NCBI GenBank assembly: GCA_944393375.1
Contig: CALXZX010000002.1
Span: forward strand, 15,487 to 79,486
From: an uncultured Clostridia bacterium
GTDB taxonomy: Bacteria; Bacillota; Clostridia; TANB77; CAG-508
Length of the DNA stretch: 64,000 nucleotides
Direction: 5' to 3'
The notes beneath the pieces were generated by a model. The model searched no databases. It worked only from the letters and a program-made list of their open reading frames with translations, and was not told the origin of the DNA. A program made the translations under genes and the position numbers. Positions 30,274 through 39,817 of the stretch are shown piece after piece (position 1 is the first letter of the stretch; each line of letters opens with the position of its first letter).

Positions 30274-31185
30274 ATGATGAAAGATTATTTTGGATATCAA
30301 GGAAAAGTTTGTGTTGTAACAGGAGCATCTAGTGGAATGGGGGAAGCGACAGCTAGAATGCTTGTAGATTTAGGAGCAAAAGTTTATGCAATTGATATGA
30401 ATGAATGTAAAGTAGAAGGAATTACAAAATTTATACAATGTAACTTAGCAAAGAAAGAAGAAATAGATGAAGTATTCAATAAAATTCCAGAACATATTGA
30501 TTCATTTTTCGGTGTTGCTGGACTTTCTGGTTCAAAAACAGATTATAGAACAACGTTTGATTGTAACTATACAGCAAATATGTATATGACTTTACATTAT
30601 TTGAAAAATAGAATGGAGAAAGGTTCTAGTATTGTTTTTTGCACTTCGACAGCAGGATTAGAATGGAAGAAATTTAAAAGAGAACAAAACAAAGTCGTAC
30701 ATAGCAAAACTTGGGAAGAAGTTCAAGAAGTAACGAAAAAATTGGCTTCATCTGCACCTGCAACATTTGCATATATGTATTCTAAAAGATGTTTATCTCA
30801 ATTTATATGTGAGCAATCAGTAGAATTTGCAAAAATGGGAATCAGAATGAATAATGTATTGCCAGCATCAACAGATACAGGAATGAAACAAGAGTTCCAA
30901 GATATGGTAGGAAGTGAAGAAGGATTAATCGCACAAGCAGGATTAGCTGGAAGACTTGCAACATCAGAAGAAATGGCAGGTCCAATGGTATTTTTGAATT
31001 CTGATATGGCATCATTTGTATCTGGACTAGAAATGGTAGTTGACTATACAGATACTTGTTTAAAAGTTTTAGGAAAGAAGAAAAATCTAGAAGCAGTATC
31101 AGCAACAAACCCAATCATTTGTGCACTTGCGAAAAAGATGTTAAATAAATCAGCTAAAAATGCATTAAATTCAGGAAATGAGTAA
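30274..31185 (+). CDS. SDR family oxidoreductase
   Basis: TGASSGMG cofactor motif and catalytic YxxSK (YMYSK). 303 aa. Confidence 0.85.
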   Translation: MMKDYFGYQGKVCVVTGASSGMGEATARMLVDLGAKVYAIDMNECKVEGITKFIQCNLAKKEEIDEVFNKIPEHIDSFFGVAGLSGSKTDYRTTFDCNYTANMYMTLHYLKNRMEKGSSIVFCTSTAGLEWKKFKREQNKVVHSKTWEEVQEVTKKLASSAPATFAYMYSKRCLSQFICEQSVEFAKMGIRMNNVLPASTDTGMKQEFQDMVGSEEGLIAQAGLAGRLATSEEMAGPMVFLNSDMASFVSGLEMVVDYTDTCLKVLGKKKNLEAVSATNPIICALAKKMLNKSAKNALNSGNE

Positions 31186-31451
31186 GGAATACATCTATTG
31201 CATTGTTTCTATGACTTGTACTCCTGCATGGAACGAAGAACAGCATAAATTCGTTCAATAACAATATGCAAATATCATTATTAGAGTAAAGATAAAAGAG
31301 ATGTGGATTTGTTTATTGAAAATTTAGATGTCATTCTAAAACAAGATTAGTTTAAAATAAAGTGAACCAAAATTATTAGGAAAAAGTTTAATAATAAGAG
31401 TGCACTTTATTTTTAAACTATTTTTTTTTGCTAAAAACTATAAAAATGTAT

Positions 31452-31464
31452 TGACACGGTGTCA
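31452..31464. promoter_or_regulatory. Perfect palindrome TGACAC-G-GTGTCA upstream of the aldo/keto reductase-TetR unit (candidate operator)
   Basis: Seen directly in the sequence, 25 nt upstream of the AKR ATG. A TetR-family gene lies immediately downstream of the AKR. Confidence 0.4.
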
Positions 31465-31488
31465 GAAAAAGGAAAGGTGGTTATAATT

Positions 31489-32424
31489 ATGGATTTACCA
31501 AAAATAGCCTTAGGAGCTTGGGCATGGGGAAATGATGGAACATTTGGAGTTAATTATACAGAAAAAGATTTAAAAAAAGTATTTGATGAAGGAATGAAAA
31601 ACGGATTTAATTTATGGGATACAGCTTACGCTTATGGAATGGGACAAAGTGAAAAAGTATTAGGAGATTTTATAAAAAATTATGATAGAGACAAAATAAT
31701 CATTTCAGACAAATTTACCCCACAATGTGAAGATGGGACACCAGAAGCTATGCAAAATATGCTAAATAATAGTATGAAACTATTAAATACAGATTATATT
31801 GATATATATTGGATTCATAATCCAATGGATGTAGAAAAATATACACCTATGTTAGCACCATTATATAAGAAAGGATTAATTAAATCTGTAGGTGTATCAA
31901 ATCATAATTTACAAGAATTAAAAAGAGCACAAGAAATTTTAGGTAAAGATGGAATAAAGATTTCAGCAGTACAAAATCATTATAGTTTATTAAATAGATC
32001 AAGTGAAACTTCAGGGATATTAGATTATTGTAAAGAAAATGATATTATATTTTTCTCTTATATGGTACTTGAACAAGGTGCCTTAACAGGGAATTTTGAC
32101 AAAAATCATCCATTTCCAGAAGGTTCCGATAGAGCAAATAGTTATAATGATAAATTAGAAAAATTAGAAAAATTAGAAAAATTGAATAAGGTATTAAATG
32201 AAGTAGCACAAAAACATAATACAAAAATTCCAGTTATAGCAACTGCATGGGCCATTAATAAAGGAACATTACCAATTATAGGTGTAACAAAAGTAAATCA
32301 TGTTTTAGATGCAAAAGAAGCTTGCAATATTGTATTAACAGATAGTGAAATAAAATATCTTGAGGATACAGCAGATAAACTTGGAGTATCTACAATAAGA
32401 TATTGGGAAAAAGAAATGAAATAG
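31489..32424 (+). CDS. Aldo/keto reductase
   Basis: ATG at 31489 after AGGTGG; the track GTG start at 31459 falls inside the palindrome. GAWAWG, LWDTAYAYG and GVSNH motifs. Confidence 0.88.
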   Translation: MDLPKIALGAWAWGNDGTFGVNYTEKDLKKVFDEGMKNGFNLWDTAYAYGMGQSEKVLGDFIKNYDRDKIIISDKFTPQCEDGTPEAMQNMLNNSMKLLNTDYIDIYWIHNPMDVEKYTPMLAPLYKKGLIKSVGVSNHNLQELKRAQEILGKDGIKISAVQNHYSLLNRSSETSGILDYCKENDIIFFSYMVLEQGALTGNFDKNHPFPEGSDRANSYNDKLEKLEKLEKLNKVLNEVAQKHNTKIPVIATAWAINKGTLPIIGVTKVNHVLDAKEACNIVLTDSEIKYLEDTADKLGVSTIRYWEKEMK

Positions 32425-32440
32425 AAAAGGAGAAAACAAA

Positions 32441-33049
32441 ATGGCTAAAGAAATAGTTGACATTAGAAAAGAAGAAATAATAAAAGCTTGTGAAAAGCTT
32501 TATAAAAAGGAAAATTTCAAAGATATAGCAATAAAACATATTGGAGAGGAAACTTCATTTTCTCGTACATCTATATATAATTATTTTCATACAAAGGAAG
32601 AAATATTTTTAGCCCTTTTCCAAAGGGAATATGAAATATGGATTGATGATCTTAATAAAATGTATGATGAAAATGAAAAATTATCAAAAGAAGAATTTGC
32701 AAGTGCTTTAGCACACACTATTGAAAAAAGACCGACATTATTAAAATTGCTATCAATGAATATGTATGACATGGAAGAAAATAGTAGAATGGAAGTTTTA
32801 ATAGAATTCAAAAAAGCTTATGGCGATTCAATTAAAACTGTAAAAAAATGTCTTGATAAATTTTATACTATTATGAATGAGAAAGAAAAAGAAGAATTTT
32901 TATTTTCATTTTTTCCTTTTATGTATGGAATATATCCATATACGTTTGTAACAGATAAACAAAGGAAATCTATGGAAAAAGCAGAAGTGCCATTTGAGTA
33001 TATGACAATATATGAACTTGCTTATAAAGGAATATTAAAATTATTATAA
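32441..33049 (+). CDS. TetR/AcrR family transcriptional regulator
   Basis: N-terminal HTH (FKDIAIKHIGEETSFSRTSIYNYFHTKEEIF), 202 aa. Confidence 0.88.
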   Translation: MAKEIVDIRKEEIIKACEKLYKKENFKDIAIKHIGEETSFSRTSIYNYFHTKEEIFLALFQREYEIWIDDLNKMYDENEKLSKEEFASALAHTIEKRPTLLKLLSMNMYDMEENSRMEVLIEFKKAYGDSIKTVKKCLDKFYTIMNEKEKEEFLFSFFPFMYGIYPYTFVTDKQRKSMEKAEVPFEYMTIYELAYKGILKLL

Positions 33050-33069
33050 ATAAAAAAGGAGGATTTTCT

Positions 33070-33603
33070 ATGAAAATAGTAATACTTACAGGAAGTTATA
33101 ATTTGCACGGAACATCAAATACATTAGTTGATGAATTTATAAGAGGAGCAAAAGAAAATGGTAATGAAATTATAAGATTTGATACAGCCCATTTAGATAT
33201 ACATCCATGCATTGGATGTAATCATTGTGGAATGGATGGAGACTGTGTATTTAAAGATGATATGGTTAAAATATTAGATAGTATAGAGGAAGCAGATATG
33301 TTAGTTTTGGCAACACCAGTTTACTATTTTGCAATGACAGCTCCATTAAAAGCTACAATAGATAGATTTTATTCTAGAACAGGAAGAATAAGCAGTAAAA
33401 GACTAAGAACAGCATTTATTATGACTTGTTGGAATACAGATGATTCAACAGTAGAGCCTTTAATTGTACATTATAAAAAGTTAGTAAGTTATATGCATTA
33501 CCAAGATGAAGGAATGATTGTTGGAAAAGGATGTGGAACAGTAGGTATGATTCCAGAACATTTTTATGAAGATGCTTATCAATTAGGAAAAAAGATAAAA
33601 TAA
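33070..33603 (+). CDS. Flavodoxin-like fold FMN reductase / iron-sulfur flavoprotein-like protein
   Basis: MKIVILTGS...GTS start. Cys cluster CIGCNHCGMDGDC and PVYYF motif as in Isf/NADPH-dependent FMN reductases. Confidence 0.75.
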   Translation: MKIVILTGSYNLHGTSNTLVDEFIRGAKENGNEIIRFDTAHLDIHPCIGCNHCGMDGDCVFKDDMVKILDSIEEADMLVLATPVYYFAMTAPLKATIDRFYSRTGRISSKRLRTAFIMTCWNTDDSTVEPLIVHYKKLVSYMHYQDEGMIVGKGCGTVGMIPEHFYEDAYQLGKKIK

Positions 33604-33653
33604 AAATAATCTGGCTATTAGAATTAAAAAATATATTAAGTGGAGGAAAGGTT

Positions 33654-34709
33654 ATGAACAGAAAAGTAGTAGCTTTGATAGTCGCAATTTTTATTGTAGT
33701 TATTATAGTAGGAGTAATTTTTCCTATAAGCAATAGGGAAAATAGTAGAACAAACAATTCTTCAAGTGGTGAAACTATAAATAATACTGTAGAAGTAGGA
33801 GAAGATAGATTAGTTTTCATTAATGGTGGAAGTTTTGAAATGGGAAGTCCAGAAACAGAAATGCAAAGAGAAACAGACGAAACTCAGCATGAAGTAACAG
33901 TAAGTGATTTTTATATAGGAAAATATGAAGTAACACAAAGTGAATATGAAGAAGTGATGGGAGAAAATCCAAGTAATTTTTCCGGAGATAACTTACCAGT
34001 TGAAAATGTTACTTGGTATGATGCTATTGAATATTGTAACAAATTAAGTGAAAGGGAAGAATTAACACCAGTTTACACAATAGATGGAGAAAATGTAAGT
34101 TGGGATAGATCAGCAAATGGATATAGATTACCAACAGAAGCAGAATGGGAATATGCAGCAAGAGCAGAAACAACAACACCTTTTAATACAGAAAATTCTA
34201 TAAGTGATGAAGAAGCGAAGAACAGTGAAAATATATTAATAGCATATTTTTCTTGGAGTGGAAATACGGAAAATGCAGCTGAAATTATCCAAGGAAAAAC
34301 AGGAGCAGATGTTATTGAATTAAATCCAGTAGAACCTTATTCATCAAATTATAATGAGGTTTTAGATCAAGCACAAGAAGATATGAATCATGATGCAAGA
34401 CCAGAACTTGCAAACCATGTAGACAATATGGAACAATATGACACAATACTTTTAGGTTATCCTAATTGGTGGGCAACAATTCCAATGCCAATAGCAAGTT
34501 TTTTAGAAGAATATGATTTTAGTGGAAAGACAATCATCCCATTTTGCAGTCATGGAGGAGGAGGATTTGGACAAAGTATAACAGACATATCAAAACTTGC
34601 TCCAAATTCTAAGATTGGTGAAGGACTAAGCATACATTATTCAGGAGGTTCTGGTTTAGAAAATGATATATCAGATTGGTTAAGTAATAATGGAATAGAA
34701 GAACAATAA
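33654..34709 (+). CDS. Membrane-anchored fusion: truncated FGE/SUMF1-type domain plus Flavodoxin_4-type domain
   Basis: N-terminal TM (VVALIVAIFIVVIIVGVIF). FGE-family N-terminal half (GGSFEMGSP...VTWYDAIEYCN...LPTEAEWEYAAR) stops before the usual C-terminal half. It is followed by LIAYFSWSGNTE...YPNWW...FCSHGGGG, a flavodoxin-like domain. Confidence 0.7.
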   Translation: MNRKVVALIVAIFIVVIIVGVIFPISNRENSRTNNSSSGETINNTVEVGEDRLVFINGGSFEMGSPETEMQRETDETQHEVTVSDFYIGKYEVTQSEYEEVMGENPSNFSGDNLPVENVTWYDAIEYCNKLSEREELTPVYTIDGENVSWDRSANGYRLPTEAEWEYAARAETTTPFNTENSISDEEAKNSENILIAYFSWSGNTENAAEIIQGKTGADVIELNPVEPYSSNYNEVLDQAQEDMNHDARPELANHVDNMEQYDTILLGYPNWWATIPMPIASFLEEYDFSGKTIIPFCSHGGGGFGQSITDISKLAPNSKIGEGLSIHYSGGSGLENDISDWLSNNGIEEQ

Positions 34710-34723
34710 AAAGGAGTATTTCT

Positions 34724-35392
34724 ATGAATAAGAAATTCAGAATAATATTAGATATTGTGATGACCATATTGTTTATTATATTAATGGGATATTATGTAAC
34801 AGATAATGAAGTACACGAAATATTAGGAACAATTACCTTTGTATTATTTATTATTCATAATATTTTAAATATAAAATGGTATAAAGGAATATTTAAAGGA
34901 AAACATAATTTTCAAAGAATATTTCACATTATGATTAATTTGTTATTATTTATCGCAATGTTAGGAATGATGATAAGTGGAATCATGATTTCAGCTGATG
35001 TATTTGCATTTTTAGATATTCCTACAACTATGTTTGGAAGAAGATTACATATGTTATCAACTTCATGGGGATTTATTTTAATGGCAATTCATGTAGGACT
35101 TCATATAAATGCTTTAATGAATAAATTAAATGCAAAGATGAAAAATAGTACCTTTGAATATGTATATTATTTTATATTGACTATTTTAGCAGGACTAGGA
35201 ATATACGCATTTATAAATTTAAAAGTGTGGGAAGATATGTTTTTATTAAATGATTTTAAGTTTTTCGACTATGAACAAAGTTCAATAGTATTTTATTTAA
35301 AATATTTATCTATATTAATTTTTATAGCACTTGTTATTTATATTATTTTTTCTTTAGTAAGAAAAGTAAAAAATAAAAAAATTAATAATTAA
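34724..35392 (+). CDS. DUF4405-like integral membrane protein
   Basis: Six hydrophobic segments with conserved His residues (HEILG, IIHNILN, HIMIN, HVGLH), a layout typical of DUF4405. Confidence 0.6.
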   Translation: MNKKFRIILDIVMTILFIILMGYYVTDNEVHEILGTITFVLFIIHNILNIKWYKGIFKGKHNFQRIFHIMINLLLFIAMLGMMISGIMISADVFAFLDIPTTMFGRRLHMLSTSWGFILMAIHVGLHINALMNKLNAKMKNSTFEYVYYFILTILAGLGIYAFINLKVWEDMFLLNDFKFFDYEQSSIVFYLKYLSILIFIALVIYIIFSLVRKVKNKKINN

Positions 35393-35399
35393 GGAGGAA

Positions 35400-35945
35400 A
35401 TGAAAATGCAAAAAAATATAGGTTCAAAATTAGCGTTATATCCAATGCCATTATTGGTAATAGGAGCAATGGTAGATGGAAAAGTAAATTGGCTTTTAGC
35501 AGGACATAGTGGAATCATAGGACATGACAGAGTAATGGTAAGTTTAGTAAAAACTCATTATACAAATAAAGGAATTAAAGATACAAAAACATTATCTATT
35601 AATATAGTAAGCGAAGAAATGTTAAAAAAGGCAGATTATGTAGGTAGTGTAAGTGGAAGTAAGCAAGATAAATCAGATGTATTTGAATATCATATAGGAG
35701 AAGCAGGAGCACCAATTATAAATGATGCACCAGTTGTTATGGAATGTAAAGTAGAAGATAATTATGAAACAGATAATTTTGATAACTTTATAATGTCAAT
35801 TGAAAATACTTATGTTCAAGAAGAAAACTTAGATAAAAATGGAAAAATAGATTATACAAAATTTAGTCCAGTATTGTTTGAATTTCCAAATTACACATAT
35901 TTAAAAACAGGAGATACCATTGGAAATTGTTTAAGATTAGATTAG
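35400..35945 (+). CDS. Flavin reductase-like domain protein
   Basis: LYPMPLLVIGA...NWLLAGH is typical of FMN-binding split-barrel flavin reductases. The start could be 35400 or 35406. Confidence 0.75.
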   Translation: MKMQKNIGSKLALYPMPLLVIGAMVDGKVNWLLAGHSGIIGHDRVMVSLVKTHYTNKGIKDTKTLSINIVSEEMLKKADYVGSVSGSKQDKSDVFEYHIGEAGAPIINDAPVVMECKVEDNYETDNFDNFIMSIENTYVQEENLDKNGKIDYTKFSPVLFEFPNYTYLKTGDTIGNCLRLD

Positions 35946-36042
35946 ATTGAAAAATAATTACAATTTTGACGTCGTCAAACTTCGTTTAAAATTTAATTCT
36001 TTTCCAACCAGATTTGAGATTTAAGAAAGGAAAGTGAAAAAT

Positions 36043-36729
36043 ATGAATAAAAAAGTAATTGTTTTAATAGCTTTAATCTTAATAATAGCAGTAATTGCTA
36101 TAGTTGTAGGAATTAATTTAGCAGGAAATAATGAAAGTACAAATACACTACAAAATCAAGCAAGTAGTGAAAGTCAAGAAGAAAATCAAGAAGTTGCAAG
36201 CAATGAAAATCAAACAAATACAGAAGAAAATCAAAATAATCAAGAAAGCGGAAGTGGAAATGTATTAGTTGTATATTTCTCACATACAGGAAATACAGAG
36301 AATGTTGCAAACTTTATACATGAAGCAGTAGGTGGAGATATAGTTAAATTAGAAACAGAAGAACCATACACTGATAATTATAATGATTTATTAGACATAG
36401 CACAAAATGAACAAAATGAAAATGCTAGACCGCTATTGAGTACACAGATAGATAACATAGAAGATTATGACACTATCTTTTTAGGATACCCAATTTGGTG
36501 GGGAGATATGCCAATGGCATTATATACATTTTTAGATGAATATGATTTATCAGGAAAAACAATAGCACCATTTACTACAAGTGGAGGTTCAGGATTATCA
36601 GGCACACCAAGTAATATAGAAGATGAAGAACCAAATGCAACTGTAACAGAGGGATTAGCAGTAAGAGATAGTAATAGTGAAAATTCACAAAGTGCAGTTA
36701 ATGAATGGCTATCTGAAATAGGATTTTAA
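36043..36729 (+). CDS. Membrane-anchored Flavodoxin_4-type protein
   Basis: ATG at 36043. N-terminal TM, Q/N/E-rich linker, then VVYFSHTGNTE...YPIWWGDMP...FTTSGGSG, paralogous to the C-terminal half of the 33654 product. Confidence 0.75.
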   Translation: MNKKVIVLIALILIIAVIAIVVGINLAGNNESTNTLQNQASSESQEENQEVASNENQTNTEENQNNQESGSGNVLVVYFSHTGNTENVANFIHEAVGGDIVKLETEEPYTDNYNDLLDIAQNEQNENARPLLSTQIDNIEDYDTIFLGYPIWWGDMPMALYTFLDEYDLSGKTIAPFTTSGGSGLSGTPSNIEDEEPNATVTEGLAVRDSNSENSQSAVNEWLSEIGF

Positions 36730-36740
36730 GGAGAAGATAA

Positions 36741-37337
36741 ATGAGAAAAGTTATTTTGATCATAATTGTATTGATTATAGTAATTGGTATGATAGCAGGT
36801 ATTGTATATTTTAACTCTAGACAAAATGAAGACATAGAAAAAAATAATAGATTGAGTCAAGAATTTATACAAAATAATAGTAACAATGATGTGACAGAGA
36901 ACACGATAAATAATGATAATACTACTAATCTAAATGAAACTCAAAATTCACAAAGTGAAGGGGAAGAAGTAAATATGGAAAATGCAAGAATAAAACTAAC
37001 AGTCAATGGAAATGAAATATTTGTAAGATTAGTTGATAATGTAGCGAGCAGGGAATTTTTAGAAATGTTACCACTAACATTAACATTTGAAGATTTCAAT
37101 AATACAGAAAAAATTGCAACATTACCAAGTGAGTTATCAACAGAAGGATTACCTTCTGGTTACACACCTGTGGTAGGAGACTTTTCATATTATGCACCAT
37201 GGGGAAATATATCCGTATTTTATGAAGATTTTAGATATTCTAATTCTTTATATAAATTAGGAACAATAGAATCTGGAACAGAAATACTTGGAAATATAAA
37301 TGGTGATTTTGAAGTTATTATTGAAAGAGTTAATTAG
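36741..37337 (+). CDS. Membrane-anchored cyclophilin-like fold protein
   Basis: N-terminal TM plus N-rich linker, then LTVNGNEIFVRLVDN.ASREFLEMLPLTL...GDFSYYAPWGNISVFY, typical of the cyclophilin-like family often found next to Flavodoxin_4 genes. Confidence 0.65.
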   Translation: MRKVILIIIVLIIVIGMIAGIVYFNSRQNEDIEKNNRLSQEFIQNNSNNDVTENTINNDNTTNLNETQNSQSEGEEVNMENARIKLTVNGNEIFVRLVDNVASREFLEMLPLTLTFEDFNNTEKIATLPSELSTEGLPSGYTPVVGDFSYYAPWGNISVFYEDFRYSNSLYKLGTIESGTEILGNINGDFEVIIERVN

Positions 37338-37353
37338 AAAGAGGGAAAGCAAT

Positions 37354-38316
37354 ATGGAATATATAAAATTAGGAAATACAAATATTGAGATATCAAGATT
37401 ATGTATGGGTTGTATGAGCTTTGGAGATCCAGAAAGTAATATGCATGCTTGGACACTAAATCCAGAAGAAACAGAAAAAATAGTAAAGAAATCATTAGAT
37501 TTAGGAATTAATTTTTTTGATACAGCCAATTGTTATTCTGCAGGAACAAGTGAAGAATATCTTGGACTAGCATTAAAAAATAATATAGCTAGAAATAAAG
37601 TAGTTATAGCAACAAAAGTGTATTTTAACGAAGGTCACTTATCAAAAGAAGCCATACCAAGAGAAGTGGAGGGTTCTTTAAAAAGACTTGGAACAGATTG
37701 TATAGATTTACTAATTATCCATAGATTTGATTATGGAACACCAATAGAAGAAACAATGGAGGCATTGGATAAAGTTGTTAAATCAGGAAAAGTAAGAGCA
37801 ATTGGGGCATCAGCTATGTATGGATATCAGTTTGCAAAAATGCAATATATAGCAGAAAAAAATAATTGGACAAAATTTGTATCAATGCAAAATCATTATA
37901 ATCTTTTATATAGAGAAGATGAAAGAGAATTAATACCAATATGTGATGATATGAATGTGTCAAGAACATCATATAGTCCATTAGCAGGTGGCAGACTTTC
38001 TCGTCCTACTTGGTCAGCAGATACATTAAGAAGTAAAACAGATAAAGCAGCAGCCAATAAATATGATTCTACAAAAGATATGGATATGGAAATTGTAAAA
38101 AGAGTAGATGAACTAGCTAAAAAGAAGAATGTATCAATGACACAAATAGCTTTAGCTTGGCAATTAGCAAAAGGAGTAGCATCTCCAATTATTGGAGTAA
38201 CAAAAGAAAAATATTTAGATGATGCAGTAGGAGCATTTAATGTTAAATTATCAAAACAAGATATTGATTATTTAGAGGAATTATATGTGCCTCATAAAGT
38301 AGTAGGAGCATTATAA
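37354..38316 (+). CDS. Aldo/keto reductase
   Basis: ATG at 37354 after AGAGGGAAAG. MEYIKLGNT...ISRLCMGCMSFG, FFDTANCY and GASAM motifs. Confidence 0.88.
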   Translation: MEYIKLGNTNIEISRLCMGCMSFGDPESNMHAWTLNPEETEKIVKKSLDLGINFFDTANCYSAGTSEEYLGLALKNNIARNKVVIATKVYFNEGHLSKEAIPREVEGSLKRLGTDCIDLLIIHRFDYGTPIEETMEALDKVVKSGKVRAIGASAMYGYQFAKMQYIAEKNNWTKFVSMQNHYNLLYREDERELIPICDDMNVSRTSYSPLAGGRLSRPTWSADTLRSKTDKAAANKYDSTKDMDMEIVKRVDELAKKKNVSMTQIALAWQLAKGVASPIIGVTKEKYLDDAVGAFNVKLSKQDIDYLEELYVPHKVVGAL

Positions 38317-38343
38317 TCATTAAAATTAGGGAGTGTGTTAATT

Positions 38344-38637
38344 ATGAGTTTAACAATTAATATTTATTATACAGGAGAAAATGGAAATGCAAGAAAATTT
38401 GCAAAAGAAATGGTAGAAAAAGGAGTCGTAGATAGAGTAAGAGCAGAAGAAGGAAATAAGAAATATGAATATTTCTTCCCAATGGATGATCCTGAAACAG
38501 TCTTACTAATAGATAGATGGGAAAGTGAGGAAGCTTTAGATGTACATCATAAATCTCCTATGATGAAAGAAATAGCAGATTTAAGAGATAAATATCATCT
38601 TCACATGAAAGTTGAACAATTTGTAGAAAGAAAGTAA
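38344..38637 (+). CDS. Antibiotic biosynthesis monooxygenase (ABM) family protein
   Basis: ATG at 38344 after AGGGAG. About 97 aa, ferredoxin-like, with the LIDRWESEEALDVHHKSP motif as in YgiN-type quinol monooxygenases. Confidence 0.7.
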   Translation: MSLTINIYYTGENGNARKFAKEMVEKGVVDRVRAEEGNKKYEYFFPMDDPETVLLIDRWESEEALDVHHKSPMMKEIADLRDKYHLHMKVEQFVERK

Positions 38638-38716
38638 AAAAATTTTTCTTTATAATAAAAGAATATAAAATTTATTGCTTGGGGAAAGAAATAATATAAG
38701 AGATTCATATGTTTAA

Positions 38717-38766
38717 GAAAATTATTTTGTACCATTATAGGTAGTACAAAGTAATTTTCTTTTTTT
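38717..38766 (+). terminator. Rho-independent terminator ending the flavoprotein/AKR cluster
   Basis: 16-bp stem (one mismatch) agaaaattattttgtac / gtacaaagtaattttct followed by TTTTTT. Confidence 0.75.
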
Positions 38767-38989
38767 ATGTTACATGATAGTAAATTACAGTTTCAAAATA
38801 AGAGGCAATTATAAAATATATAATAATAGTTGATAATATGCAAGATTTGGGGAGTGAAACATAAAAATATTTTAGAAAATACTACACAAAACAGAAAAAC
38901 TATGATAAAATATTTTAGAATTAATAAATTACTGAGATATCATTAGATTGAATATAAAGCAATCTTAAAATAATAAAGGAGGAATTAAA

Positions 38990-39709
38990 ATGTCAGGACA
39001 TTCAAAGTGGCACAACATACAAGCCAAAAAAGGAAAAGCAGATGCAGCAAGAGGAAAAATATTTACAAAATTAGGAAGAGAATTACTAATTGCTGTTAAA
39101 GAAGGTGGACCAGATCCTGCAGGAAATTCAAAATTAAAAAATGTTATTGCAAAATGTAAGGCAGCAAATATGCCAAATGATACAATCAATAATGCCATTA
39201 GAAAAGCATCAACAAGTAATGAAAATTATGAAGAAATTACATATGAAGGATATGGACCAAACGGAGTAGCCGTTATTGTAGAAGCATCAACAGATAATAA
39301 AAATAGAACAGCAGCAGATGTTAGACACGTATTTGATAAAGCAGGAGGAAACTTAGGAACAACTGGTTGTGTATCATATATGTTTAATAAAAAAGGTGTT
39401 ATTGTGATTGAAAAAGAAGCAACATCTATGAGTGAAGATGATTTGATGATGTTAGCATTAGAAGCAGGAGCAGAAGACTTTTCATCAGAAGAAGAAGTGT
39501 ATGAAATTACAACAGACCCATCAGATTTTACAGCTGTTCGTGAAAAATTGGAAGAAGCAGGATTAGAATTCTTACAAGCAGAAGTTCAAATGGTACCAAC
39601 AACTACTGTAAAACTAGATGAAAAAGGAACAGAAAAAATGGAAAGATTAATTGAAAACCTAGAAGATTTAGATGATGTTTCAAATATTTATCATAACTGG
39701 GAAGAATAA
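38990..39709 (+). CDS. yebC: YebC/PmpR family DNA-binding transcriptional regulator
   Basis: AGGAGG RBS. Hallmark N-terminus [27 protein letters not shown]. 239 aa. Confidence 0.95.
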   Translation: MSGHSKWHNIQAKKGKADAARGKIFTKLGRELLIAVKEGGPDPAGNSKLKNVIAKCKAANMPNDTINNAIRKASTSNENYEEITYEGYGPNGVAVIVEASTDNKNRTAADVRHVFDKAGGNLGTTGCVSYMFNKKGVIVIEKEATSMSEDDLMMLALEAGAEDFSSEEEVYEITTDPSDFTAVREKLEEAGLEFLQAEVQMVPTTTVKLDEKGTEKMERLIENLEDLDDVSNIYHNWEE

Positions 39710-39817
39710 AAGAAAAATAGATAAATGACAGTAGGAATACAGTTATTTATCTATTTATGTTATGAGAAGTATCATACTTAAAATTTATTAGAGCATATTG
39801 CTCGAATGGAGGTTTTT

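Noticed and set aside
32150-32190. Short tandem repeat aaattagaa x3 (DKLEKLEKLEKL) inside the aldo/keto reductase gene
   Set aside because: It is in frame, very short and in a surface-loop-like region. Nothing suggests it is more than a trivial coding microsatellite.
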